A stretch of DNA of 38,844 bases from Candidatus Xenobia bacterium (GTDB lineage: Bacteria > Vulcanimicrobiota > Xenobia > Xenobiales > QWHO01). Shown here piece after piece: positions 1-9,043 of the stretch. Both the position numbers and the translations under genes were made by a program. Under the pieces are notes generated by a model, which saw only the letters and a list, made by a program, of their open reading frames with translations, ran no database searches and had not been told where the DNA came from. The stretch spans positions 1 to 38,844 of the forward strand of contig BTUM01000076.1 in the NCBI GenBank assembly GCA_045863235.1, written 5' to 3'. Every line of letters starts with the position of its first letter. Position 1 is the first letter of the stretch.

Positions 1-417
1 ACGGTCAGCCTTACCGGGTGTTCCGCGACGACGTGAGGCTCGGGCGCCGTCGGTCTGGTTGCACCGGGGCACGCTGAAGGCCCGGCGCGAGCAGAGCGCC
101 TTCGGGCGACCTGGACCACTCGCGGCCTGCGAGTTCTGGCGGTCTTCGGGCGACGAGTGGGTACCCTGGCTGCCGCGACGTGAGCCACTCGCCCACGGAG
201 TGGCGATCAGCCCAGAAGCCTTGGGGCGACCTGGACACTCGAGCGGAGTGGCTAGCCCGGCCTTCCGCGCGTCCTGACGCCCTGGGCTGACCGGAACCAG
301 CTACCGCGTTCAGGGCAACTGGCAAGCAGCCGCTCGCCGGTTTCAGCAGGCAAGGCGAGGAATCGCACCCCCGTTCGCGAAACGCGCTCAGGAAAGCGAA
401 CCTACCGGGAGGGCCCC

Positions 418-1680
418 ATGCAAGTGGTCGATCTCAAGCAAAGCGCCCAGCGGGTCATCAGCGACCTGCGCGAGCTGGCCGGCAAGACCTCCACCCCCGA
501 AGGAGCCCAGCGCCTGTGCTGGGGCCCGGTCTGGCGCACGGCCCGGGAGTGGTTCAAGGCCAAGGTGGACGAGCTGGGCCTGAGCATCGAGACCGATGCG
601 GCCGGCAACAACTGGGTCGTCCTCCCGGGCGAATCCGAAAGATCGGTGCTGATCGGCAGCCACCTCGACTCGGTCCCCAACGGGGGCTGGCTGGACGGTT
701 GTCTGGGTGTCGTGGCCGGTCTGGAGGCGCTGCGCCGTTACTCCAAGACCAAACCCCCGGTTACCCTGCGCGTGGTGGACTGGGCCGACGAGGAGGGCGC
801 TCGCTTCGGGCGCAGCCTGCTGGGCTCGTCGGCAGCCGGGGGGTCGCTCAAGCCCGATGACGTGCGCCACCTCAAAGACAAAGAGGGCACCGCGCTGCCC
901 GACGCCCTCAAGGAGAACGGCGTCAACCTTGATACCATGGGCAAGGCTCACGAGCAGCTCAAGAAGATCCCGGCTCGAGCCTACCTCGAGCTGCACATCG
1001 AGCAAGGGCCGGTGCTCGAGTCGATGGGCAAGTCCACGGGAGTGGTGCTGGGAACCTTCGGGGTGGAGCGCCACCTGATGCGCTTCAAGGGCCAGGCGGC
1101 CCATTCCGGCTCGACCCCCATCCCGATGCGCAGGGACGCTTTCCTGGCAGCCGCCTCGACAGCCCTGGAATGTCGCGAGATCGCAAAGCGGCACTCCAAG
1201 CCGGGGGCCAACGTGGTCTGCACCGTGGGCACGGTCAAGGTGGAGCCCTGCATCGTGACGGCGGTGCCCGGAGTGTGCGAGATCTCGCTCGACCAGCGGG
1301 CCCTGTCGGCCGAGGTGCTGGCCCAGATGTATCAAGAAGCCCAGGACGCCTCGCGGCGTTTTGCGGCCGAGAACAATGTGACGGTGGAGTGGGAGCTGCT
1401 CTGGCAGATCGAGCCCCGGCCTTTCGACCCCGACCTGGTGCGCCTGTGTGAAGAGGCTGTGCGCGAGGTCACCGGGGATGCTCCCCGGCTGCCGTCCGGT
1501 CCCCTCCACGATGCCGCCGAGATGGTGCCTTCCATGCCCACCGTGATGATGTTTGCTTACTCGAGCAACGGGCTATCCCACTGCAAGGAGGAGGATACCC
1601 CCGAAGAGCACCTGGACAAGACCATCCAGGCCTTCCTGAAGCTGGTGGACAAGACCGTCGACCACGTGGCCAGGGGCTGA
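418..1680 (+). CDS. M20-family Zn-dependent amidohydrolase (allantoate amidohydrolase / N-carbamoyl-L-amino-acid hydrolase type)
   Basis: 420 aa; motifs GSHLDSVPNGGWLDG, DEEGARFG, ELHIEQGP, AHSGSTP and SGPLHDA; GGGAGG upstream of the ATG. Confidence 0.9.
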   Translation: MQVVDLKQSAQRVISDLRELAGKTSTPEGAQRLCWGPVWRTAREWFKAKVDELGLSIETDAAGNNWVVLPGESERSVLIGSHLDSVPNGGWLDGCLGVVAGLEALRRYSKTKPPVTLRVVDWADEEGARFGRSLLGSSAAGGSLKPDDVRHLKDKEGTALPDALKENGVNLDTMGKAHEQLKKIPARAYLELHIEQGPVLESMGKSTGVVLGTFGVERHLMRFKGQAAHSGSTPIPMRRDAFLAAASTALECREIAKRHSKPGANVVCTVGTVKVEPCIVTAVPGVCEISLDQRALSAEVLAQMYQEAQDASRRFAAENNVTVEWELLWQIEPRPFDPDLVRLCEEAVREVTGDAPRLPSGPLHDAAEMVPSMPTVMMFAYSSNGLSHCKEEDTPEEHLDKTIQAFLKLVDKTVDHVARG

Positions 1681-1690
1681 GGCCGGCGCC

Positions 1691-3064
1691 ATGCAGGTAA
1701 TGGAGCTCCTGACGGGGGACGGGCTCGACCACTTCCGTCATGCCCTGGAAGGCACGGGGGTCTTTCTCCTGCGCACCGGGCCCGAGGGCGAGCTGGCCGA
1801 GGGCTTCCTTCCCTGCCCGGGGCCGATCGCGACCTGCTGCCCCTCCCCCCCGCCCGGCGAGGCCCCCCTGACCCCCTGCCCCCACGGCTATGCCCGGGCC
1901 TGCTGGCCGCTGGCCGTGCCCGGCGGGGTGGCCGGCTATCTGTGGCAGCTCAAGGCTCCGGGAGCCACGGGTCCCGAGCTGGGTCTGGCGGTGGCCGACC
2001 TTTTGACCCGCGAGGCCCGCTCGCGCTACGAGCTGGAGAGCACCATCAAGGAGCTGCTCACCAAGTACGAAGAGCTGACAGTGCTCTACGACTCGGCTTC
2101 CACCATCACCACCGTGCTCGACCTGGACATGGCCTCCGAGCGTATCCTCGATCTCGCGGCCGAGATCCTGGACGTCGATCACGCCTCGCTGATGCTGGTG
2201 GACGAGTCGGGCGAGTTCCTGGAGGTCAAGGCCGCGCGGGGCACGCGCAGCGACGCCGTGGGCAAGGTGCGCGTCCCCCTGGGCGAGGAGATCTCGGGCA
2301 TCGTGGCCCGCGAGGGGAAGGCCATTCTGGTGGAGGACATCGAGACCCATCCGATCTTCCAGCGCATGGCCCGCACCGACGGCACCCGCTCGCTGCTCTC
2401 GGTGCCCTTGAAGGTGAAAGACAAGATCCTGGGCGTGCTCAACGTGAACAACAAGAACGACGGCACCCCCTTCCACTCGGGCGATCAGAAGCTCTTGATG
2501 GCGCTGGCCGACATGGCCGCCATCTCCATCGAGAACGCCCGTACTTACCGCAACGCCATCACGGACCGGTTGACCAGGCTTTACAACTACGGCTACTTCA
2601 AGGAGCAGCTCGAGAAGAAGGTGGTCGACTTCGGCTCGCACGATCTGCCCCTGTCGCTTTTGATGTTCGACATCGACCACTTCAAGAATTTCAATGACAA
2701 GAACGGTCACGAACTGGCCAACGTGGCCCTGGTCGGGGTGGCCAACATCTGCGTGCGCCACAGCCGCCAGAAGGGGGATCGCATCCCCGACCTGGTGGCC
2801 CGCTACGGCGGCGAGGAGTTCATGATCTTGCTCGAGGGGGTGGGCAAGCAGCAGGCGGCCGCCACCGCCGAGCGCATTCGCAAGCTGGTGGAAGATCAGC
2901 ATTTCGAGGGCGACCACAACCAGCCCCTGGGCAAGCTGACCATCAGCATGGGCGTGGCCGGATTTCCGGAAGACGCCACCAGTGCCGACGAGCTGGTGAA
3001 TCGGGCCGACCAGGCCCTCTACAAGGCCAAGCATGCCGGTCGCAACAACGTCCAGCTCGCCTGA
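1691..3064 (+). CDS. Diguanylate cyclase with PocR-like N-terminus, GAF domain and GGDEF domain
   Basis: AITDRLTRLYN, FDIDHFKNFND, RIPDLVARYGGEEF (RxxD I-site plus GGEEF), ADQALYKAK; GAF segment SLLSVPLKVKDKILGVLNV; N-terminal CPHG..WPLAVPGGVAGYLW resembles PocR. Confidence 0.92.
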   Translation: MQVMELLTGDGLDHFRHALEGTGVFLLRTGPEGELAEGFLPCPGPIATCCPSPPPGEAPLTPCPHGYARACWPLAVPGGVAGYLWQLKAPGATGPELGLAVADLLTREARSRYELESTIKELLTKYEELTVLYDSASTITTVLDLDMASERILDLAAEILDVDHASLMLVDESGEFLEVKAARGTRSDAVGKVRVPLGEEISGIVAREGKAILVEDIETHPIFQRMARTDGTRSLLSVPLKVKDKILGVLNVNNKNDGTPFHSGDQKLLMALADMAAISIENARTYRNAITDRLTRLYNYGYFKEQLEKKVVDFGSHDLPLSLLMFDIDHFKNFNDKNGHELANVALVGVANICVRHSRQKGDRIPDLVARYGGEEFMILLEGVGKQQAAATAERIRKLVEDQHFEGDHNQPLGKLTISMGVAGFPEDATSADELVNRADQALYKAKHAGRNNVQLA

Positions 3065-4184
3065 TCGCTGGGATGAGGAGTTCCCCGAGATCCCTCGTCC
3101 CGGGGGGCTCTGGCCCTGGCTGCTGGCGGCCTTTGTGCTGGCTGCCTGGGGCACCTACCTGGTGGTGACCCCGGGCGGTCCGCCCGAGACCAGCTATCGT
3201 ACCAGCGTTCTGCCCGTCCGCCCGGTTCCGGTGGCCAGCAGCCTCACCCCCGTGCCGGCCGGGGCCCGCCTGCTCGAGCTGGGCATCGTGGACAGCCAGA
3301 ACTCCACCTTCACCATCGCGGCCGAGTCCTTTGCCCGCAAGGTGGCCAATCGCACCCACGGACGGGTGCAGGTGCGCATTCTGCCCGGCCAGACCCGGCG
3401 CAACCTGGGCGAGCTCGAGCTGGTGCAACAGGTGGCCGCCGGCGAGCTGGAGATGACCTTCTGCACCACCTCTCCGCTGAGCAACCTGAACTCGAGCTTC
3501 GACGTGCTCGACCTGCCCTTTCTGTTCCAGAGCCTGGAGCAGGCCGACCAGGTGCTCGACGGGCCCATCGGTCGAGGGCTGTTCGAGGGCCTGGAGGCCC
3601 ACAACCTGAAGGGGCTGGGCTACCTGGAGCTGGGCTTTCGCATCTTCTCGTGCGGCGTTCCCATGCCGGATGCAGCCTCGTTCAAGGGCAAGCGCATCCG
3701 GGTGCTCGAGAGCGCCACCTGCATCCGGATGGCCCGGGCCTTTGGAGCCACTCCAGTGCCGGCACCGGTGGACAAGATCTACGAGATGGGCAAGCAAGGC
3801 CTGATCGATGCCGCCGACCGCACCTACCCCACCTACTGGGACTTTCAGCTCTACGACGTGCAGCGCTATATCACTGAGACCCTGCACACCTACTCGGCTA
3901 AGGTCATCCTGATCAACCGGCAGGTCTTCGACTCGCTCGACCCCGACGATCGGGAGGCGCTCCTGCAAGCGGCTCGCGAGGTGGAGATGGAGCAGAGACT
4001 GCGCCAGCGCGAGGAGGAGAAACGGGTACGCGAGCGCTGCCGCGAGCGCAAGATCACCATCTATACGCTGGACTCCGAGCAGCGCAAAGCCTTCGTCGAC
4101 CTGTGCAAGCCCATGTTCGAAGAGTACAAGAGAATGCGCGATCCCAGGCTGCTCGAGCAAATTCAGGCCACACCGGGAGGTTAG
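3033..4184 (+). CDS. TRAP transporter solute-binding protein (DctP family) with N-terminal membrane anchor
   Basis: VLDLPFLF, LGYLELGFR, FKGKRIRV, LYDVQRYITETLH; hydrophobic WPWLLAAFVLAAWGTYLVV near the N-terminus; start uncertain (overlaps the cyclase gene by 32 nt). Confidence 0.85.
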   Translation: MPVATTSSSPDRWDEEFPEIPRPGGLWPWLLAAFVLAAWGTYLVVTPGGPPETSYRTSVLPVRPVPVASSLTPVPAGARLLELGIVDSQNSTFTIAAESFARKVANRTHGRVQVRILPGQTRRNLGELELVQQVAAGELEMTFCTTSPLSNLNSSFDVLDLPFLFQSLEQADQVLDGPIGRGLFEGLEAHNLKGLGYLELGFRIFSCGVPMPDAASFKGKRIRVLESATCIRMARAFGATPVPAPVDKIYEMGKQGLIDAADRTYPTYWDFQLYDVQRYITETLHTYSAKVILINRQVFDSLDPDDREALLQAAREVEMEQRLRQREEEKRVRERCRERKITIYTLDSEQRKAFVDLCKPMFEEYKRMRDPRLLEQIQATPGG

Positions 4185-4186
4185 CC

Positions 4187-7100
4187 ATGTTCCATCGAGT
4201 CGAGTTCCAGGAGGGCACCTCGGACAAGTTCTGGGAGGTCGAGGTGCAAGACAACCAGGTGACCACTCGCTGGGGGCGCACCGGCACGGCCGGGCAGAGC
4301 AAGACAAAGGAGTATGCCAGCGAGGCGGCTGCCCAGGCCGATGCCCAGAAGCAGCTCGATGAGAAGCTGAAGAAAGGCTATCGTGAGGTCGTGGGGGCGG
4401 CCGTCAAGAGCGCTGCCTCTCCCAAGAAAACGGGTGCCGAGCCGCCTGAGAAGCTGGCCCAGCCCGAGAAGCCCGCCAGCCCCGAGAAGCCTGCCCGGTC
4501 CGAGATGCCCCCGGCCGACTGGCAAAGCGACTTCCGACGCCGCTACTGCCCCTGGCGAGCCGATGGCAGCAGTCTGAAGCTCCAACCCGCAGAGTCCCTG
4601 CTGGCTCCTCTGCGCAAAACGGCCAGTAAGGAGCTGGCCCGGTGGCGAAGCGGCCTGGGCCTCACCGTGCCCACCCTGCGTCCCGGGGCCCGATGGGCCT
4701 GCGAACTTCTGGCCGGACAGTCGGTGGATCCGCCCGACGCGTCGGCGCTGGCCTGCTTACTGGTGATGACCGAGGGTAAGGCCGGGGCCTACGTGGCCTC
4801 CTGCGGGGCGACCATGGCCATGGAGGCGATGCCCCTCACTCGCAACCTGGTCGGGGCGACCCGCTATTCAGGCGATGCCAGGTCCTACTGTCGCTGGGTC
4901 AGCCGCCAGCCTCAAAATCTGAACTATCATTTCGAAATCTCGGTGTGCCAGTGGGTTGCCCTGCGCCAGGCCCTGGCCACCTGCCCGGAGAGCGAATACC
5001 GGGCCTTGCTCGAGCAGTCCACTCACCAGTCCAGCCCCGAGGAACGCTACCTGGCCGCCTTCCTCTTCCCCGATGCCGGCTTGGCCGAGCAAGAGGCCCG
5101 CCACGCCCTGGCTCATCCCCTCACGCCCTTTCCTGGCTTCACCATGCTCTCGCCCTACGCCTGGTTCCTGCTGGGCAGCCTGAAAGACCCGGCCCTGGTC
5201 CAGGCCATGCTCGACCACGGGCCCTGTAACCCGGACGCGCTCTTTGGCCCCATGCTGCTGGGCAACCTGGGTCGGGCCGCCTTCCCCTTCCTCCTCAAGC
5301 ACTCTCCGTGGCGGGCGAGCCTTTGGGAGATCCCCGACCCCGAGCTGGCCCAGAGCTTTCGCTCCCTGCTCGAGGAGCGCTCCGAGCGAGCCCGGCTGAC
5401 CGAGTACTACACCCGCTTCCCCCACCTGGGTATACCGGTGCTGGCCCAGGTGGTGGCCTCCAATGCTCGCGGCAAGGACGTGGCCCGCACTCTCCTGACC
5501 ACGCTGCTCAAAGGGCTGAGCGAGCTGCCCCCCATGGGACAGCGCGAGGAAGCTCTCTGCCGCGAGCTGCAGGGCCGCCTCTCGGCGCCGCTCGAGGAAG
5601 CGCCGGCGCAAGCCCTTCCGGCGGTGCTGCGTGACCCGCCCTGGCTCAAGAAGCGCGTGACCCGCTCTTTGATCGAGCAGAAGGTGGAGTTGCCCGACTA
5701 CCCCGAGCGCATCCACTGGGAGGGCCCGCCTCCGCAGCCTTACTACCACGAGCTTCCTCCCCTACCCGGCCCGGCCGACGAGAAAGTCCGCAAATCGCTG
5801 GAGAAGGCGCTGGAGCGCCAGGACGCGGCTCTGTGGAACCTGGACCACCTGAGCGACCCGTCCGCGCTGGAAGTCTTCAACCAGACGCCGGCTAAATGCT
5901 GGCACAGCCCCTGGAACGGATTCCAGCCCATCCTGGCGCGTTTCGGGCTGGCAGCGATTCCTGGCCTGTTGCGCTGGGCCGAGCGCGAGCTGGCCACCGT
6001 GGTCAACGAGCTCGCCCGGGTCGAGTCGCCCCGCCTGGCCGCCATGATGGCCCTGGCCTTCTGCGGCCAGAAGGCCAGTAAAGCCGCCCGGGCCTGGATG
6101 CGCCGCTACCCCGAGGCGGCCGCCCTCGGCCTGGTGGCCCTGGCCGTCGGTCCCCAGGGGGCCTCGCGCGAGGCGGCCGAGTCAGCCTGCCGCTTCATGG
6201 CGGCCCAGGGCCTGGAGCCCCACCTGCGCAAAGCAGGCGAGACCTTGCAGTGCCAGAAAGCGCTGGAGGAGGTGCTGAGCTTTGATCTCACCCAGCTCTT
6301 CCCGGCCAGGCTGCCCAAGCTGCCTTCCTTCTTCGACCCGGCTGCGCTGGCGCGTCCCCGACTGAAGGAAGGCGCCCTGCCCCTGGAGGCCGTCAACCAC
6401 CTGGCCACCATGCTGGCCTTCAGCCCCCTCGACCCGCCCTACGCCGGGCTGTCGCAGATCAAAGAGTTGCTCGAAGCCGAAGAGTTCGCCTGGGACCTGT
6501 TCTCAGCCTGGCACACCTCCGGGGGACCTGCCAAGGAGAAGTGGGCCTTTTTCGCCCTGGGCCACCTGGGCGGGGACGAGTCGGCCCGGCGGCTGGCTCC
6601 ACTCATCAAGACCTGGCCCCAGGAGGGCCTCTTCGCGCGGGCCGAGCAGGGCCTGGACGTGCTGGCCGCCATCGGCAGCGACGTGGCCCTGATGCACATC
6701 CACCAGATGTCCCAGAAGCTCAAGAGCCGGGCGCTGCAGGAGAAGGCCCGTCTCAAGCTGGAGGAGATCGCCGCCCGCCGTGGCCTGACCAGCGAGGAGC
6801 TGGCCGACCGGCTGGTCAGCGATCTCGACCTCGAGGCCGATGGCAGCTGCCCGCTGGAGGTAGCCGGCAAGCGCTTCCGGGTGGTCTTCGATCAGGAGCT
6901 GAAGCCCTCGCTGCTGACGGCCGAGGGCAAGGCTGTGAAGGATCTGCCCAAACCGGCCTCGCCCTCCGACGAGCAGTCGGTGCAACGCTGGAAGGCTCTC
7001 AAGAAGGACGTGAAGACGGTCGCCTCGGGCCAGATCCTCCGCCTGGAGCTGGCCATGGGCAGCGAGCGACGCTGGGACGTGCCCACCTGGCGCCTGTTCC

Positions 7101-7711
7101 TGCTGCAGCACCCGCTGCTGGTGCACCTGGTGCGCCGCTTGATCTGGGCCACCTACCGCGACGAGAAGCTGGTGGCCACCTTCCGAGTGGCCGAGGATTC
7201 CAGTCTGGCCGACATCCAGGACGAGCCCTTCAGCCTGCAAGAAGACGTCCAGGTGGGCCTGCCCCACCCGCTCCACCTCGAGGGCGCGGTCCTGAGCCGC
7301 TGGGGGGAGCTGCTGGGGGACTACAACATCCTCCAGCCCTTTGCCCAGCTGGGCCGGCCCGTCTACCGGCTGACCGCGCAGGAGGCCAGTGCCGACAAGC
7401 TGACCCGCTTCGAGGGGATGAAGCTCCACCCGGGCAAAGTGGTGGGCATCGAGTCGCGCGGTTGGCGGCGGGGCCGGGCTGAGGACGGTGGGGCCATCCT
7501 GCACATGGAGAAGCCCGTGGGAGAGCAGCTGACGGCCTACCTGGAAGTGGAGCCGGGTCTCTTCGTGGGCGCCATCGCCCAGTCCGAGGAGCAAACCGTG
7601 GCCAGAGTTCAGGTGCGGCGGCCTGGGGAATACGTCAAAGGAGTGCCCCTGGGGCAGGTCAGCCCCATCGCCCTGAGCGACCTGATCGCCGACCTGGAGG
7701 CTTTGCGATGA
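4187..7711 (+). CDS. WGR-domain / DUF4132 protein (YehI/MolR-like)
   Basis: Start set at ATG 4187 after GGGAGG (4175-4180). WGR domain FQEGTSDKFWEV...TRWGRTGTAGQ; DUF4132-type C-terminus GLTSEELADRLV.DLDL, RLELAM, HPLLVHLVRRLIW, LPHPLHL, QPFAQLGR. Confidence 0.88.
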   Translation: MFHRVEFQEGTSDKFWEVEVQDNQVTTRWGRTGTAGQSKTKEYASEAAAQADAQKQLDEKLKKGYREVVGAAVKSAASPKKTGAEPPEKLAQPEKPASPEKPARSEMPPADWQSDFRRRYCPWRADGSSLKLQPAESLLAPLRKTASKELARWRSGLGLTVPTLRPGARWACELLAGQSVDPPDASALACLLVMTEGKAGAYVASCGATMAMEAMPLTRNLVGATRYSGDARSYCRWVSRQPQNLNYHFEISVCQWVALRQALATCPESEYRALLEQSTHQSSPEERYLAAFLFPDAGLAEQEARHALAHPLTPFPGFTMLSPYAWFLLGSLKDPALVQAMLDHGPCNPDALFGPMLLGNLGRAAFPFLLKHSPWRASLWEIPDPELAQSFRSLLEERSERARLTEYYTRFPHLGIPVLAQVVASNARGKDVARTLLTTLLKGLSELPPMGQREEALCRELQGRLSAPLEEAPAQALPAVLRDPPWLKKRVTRSLIEQKVELPDYPERIHWEGPPPQPYYHELPPLPGPADEKVRKSLEKALERQDAALWNLDHLSDPSALEVFNQTPAKCWHSPWNGFQPILARFGLAAIPGLLRWAERELATVVNELARVESPRLAAMMALAFCGQKASKAARAWMRRYPEAAALGLVALAVGPQGASREAAESACRFMAAQGLEPHLRKAGETLQCQKALEEVLSFDLTQLFPARLPKLPSFFDPAALARPRLKEGALPLEAVNHLATMLAFSPLDPPYAGLSQIKELLEAEEFAWDLFSAWHTSGGPAKEKWAFFALGHLGGDESARRLAPLIKTWPQEGLFARAEQGLDVLAAIGSDVALMHIHQMSQKLKSRALQEKARLKLEEIAARRGLTSEELADRLVSDLDLEADGSCPLEVAGKRFRVVFDQELKPSLLTAEGKAVKDLPKPASPSDEQSVQRWKALKKDVKTVASGQILRLELAMGSERRWDVPTWRLFLLQHPLLVHLVRRLIWATYRDEKLVATFRVAEDSSLADIQDEPFSLQEDVQVGLPHPLHLEGAVLSRWGELLGDYNILQPFAQLGRPVYRLTAQEASADKLTRFEGMKLHPGKVVGIESRGWRRGRAEDGGAILHMEKPVGEQLTAYLEVEPGLFVGAIAQSEEQTVARVQVRRPGEYVKGVPLGQVSPIALSDLIADLEALR

Positions 7712-8943
7712 GCGTTTTCAAGAAGACCGACAAGCTGACCCTGCACACGGTCGCCCCACCGGTGGCCCTGAAGGTAGAGCACCTGCCTCGCCTGCACCGG
7801 CTCAGCTGGTGGACCGATGGCGACTCCTGGCCGGCCGTGCGCCTCCTGTTGCCGGCCGGCAGCGCGCTCGAGCTGGATTGGGAGCGGGTGCTCTGCCAGG
7901 GAAAACAGACCGGCCAACAGCTCGAGATTACCTGCGAGAAGACGGCCGCCCGCTGGGAGCATCCCCGCCGCCTCGAGCGGCTGGGCGCAGCCCTCACCGC
8001 CGTGCCCGACGGCACGGAGCTGGAGCTGGCCATGGGCGGTGATGCTCCGGCCACGCGATATCGGGGCACGGTGAGCAAGGGAACCTGGCACATCTCCGAG
8101 AGCTCGCTGAGACTGACCGGCGAGGTGCTGGCCAGGGCCCTGGAGCTGTCTCGTCAGTGCGACGAGGAAGACTGGCTGGAGGCCGGTCCCGTGGCCGAGG
8201 AGGTGGCCCAGAGCTTTCAAGCCGAGTGGAATGACCCGTGCCAGATGCGCGTTCAGGGCACGCGCATCTTCTTCGAGGACCCTGACGAGGACCGCAGCTG
8301 GCTGCTCCTGTGCGGGGCCGAGGTCTTCCTGCGCCAGCCGAGCTTCCAGAAGCACTTCCCGGACCTGGAGAAGGTCCTGCGCGAGCGCGAGAAAGAGAGC
8401 CAGTCGCTGCAACAGAGCCTGAGCCAGCTGGGCGCGAGCCTGAGCCAGGCCATGGGGATCAAGACCGGGGAGCTGATCCTGAAGGGGAAGAAGTCAGCCT
8501 ATCATCGCTCCAGCCTGGTCGATCTCCCCTGGCTGACCGAAGAGGACGTGGAGCTGGCCGACCGCGAGTTCGCCGAGCTGGGCTATGTGCCAGTCGGCGA
8601 CCTCATGGCCGACGCCATGGCCGGGGCCATGCTGCGCGGCTATTGCCGTCCCGGCGGTACCGCCTGGGCCAGCGTCACCACCGGAGCCCAGGGCGAGTTC
8701 ATCCGAGAGTTCTTCAGTAACTGCGAGGACGGCTCGAGCCTGACCACCACCACCCTGCCCGAGGCCGAGGCCAAGCCGGCCCGCAAGCTGCTCAAGCTGA
8801 GCTGCCCCGAGTTGGAGGTCAGCGAGCTTCTGGCCGCCCACGAGGCCGAGCTGAAGAAGCTGGGGCTCAAGCCCGGCCCCACGGGCTCCGACCTCAAAGC
8901 CCTGGCCGCCGACGTGGACGCCTACCTGGTGCGCTGGATGTAG
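7708..8943 (+). CDS. Hypothetical protein, translationally coupled to the WGR-DUF4132 gene
   Basis: 411 aa; ATGA overlap at 7708-7711; GGAGG upstream; codon usage like neighbouring genes. Confidence 0.8.
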   Translation: MSVFKKTDKLTLHTVAPPVALKVEHLPRLHRLSWWTDGDSWPAVRLLLPAGSALELDWERVLCQGKQTGQQLEITCEKTAARWEHPRRLERLGAALTAVPDGTELELAMGGDAPATRYRGTVSKGTWHISESSLRLTGEVLARALELSRQCDEEDWLEAGPVAEEVAQSFQAEWNDPCQMRVQGTRIFFEDPDEDRSWLLLCGAEVFLRQPSFQKHFPDLEKVLREREKESQSLQQSLSQLGASLSQAMGIKTGELILKGKKSAYHRSSLVDLPWLTEEDVELADREFAELGYVPVGDLMADAMAGAMLRGYCRPGGTAWASVTTGAQGEFIREFFSNCEDGSSLTTTTLPEAEAKPARKLLKLSCPELEVSELLAAHEAELKKLGLKPGPTGSDLKALAADVDAYLVRWM

Positions 8944-9043
8944 CCTTCAGGCCGGCCGACGCAGCTGGGCCACCCGCCATCTGGAGCAGACAGCCTGGCA
9001 GAACGAAGGGTCGTTTGCCTGTGTCCGGTCATCGCGCCGACGA

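Noticed and set aside
98..250. CRISPR array
   Set aside because: Only two degenerate copies about 120 nt apart, and no cas genes in the window
4103..4186. Extended N-terminus of the WGR protein given in the ORF track
   Set aside because: It overlaps the dctP-like gene; the WGR domain and RBS point to ATG 4187
4440..4503. Short tandem repeats (PEK units here; 9-nt GSS units near 29895-29920)
   Set aside because: In-frame low-complexity protein linkers
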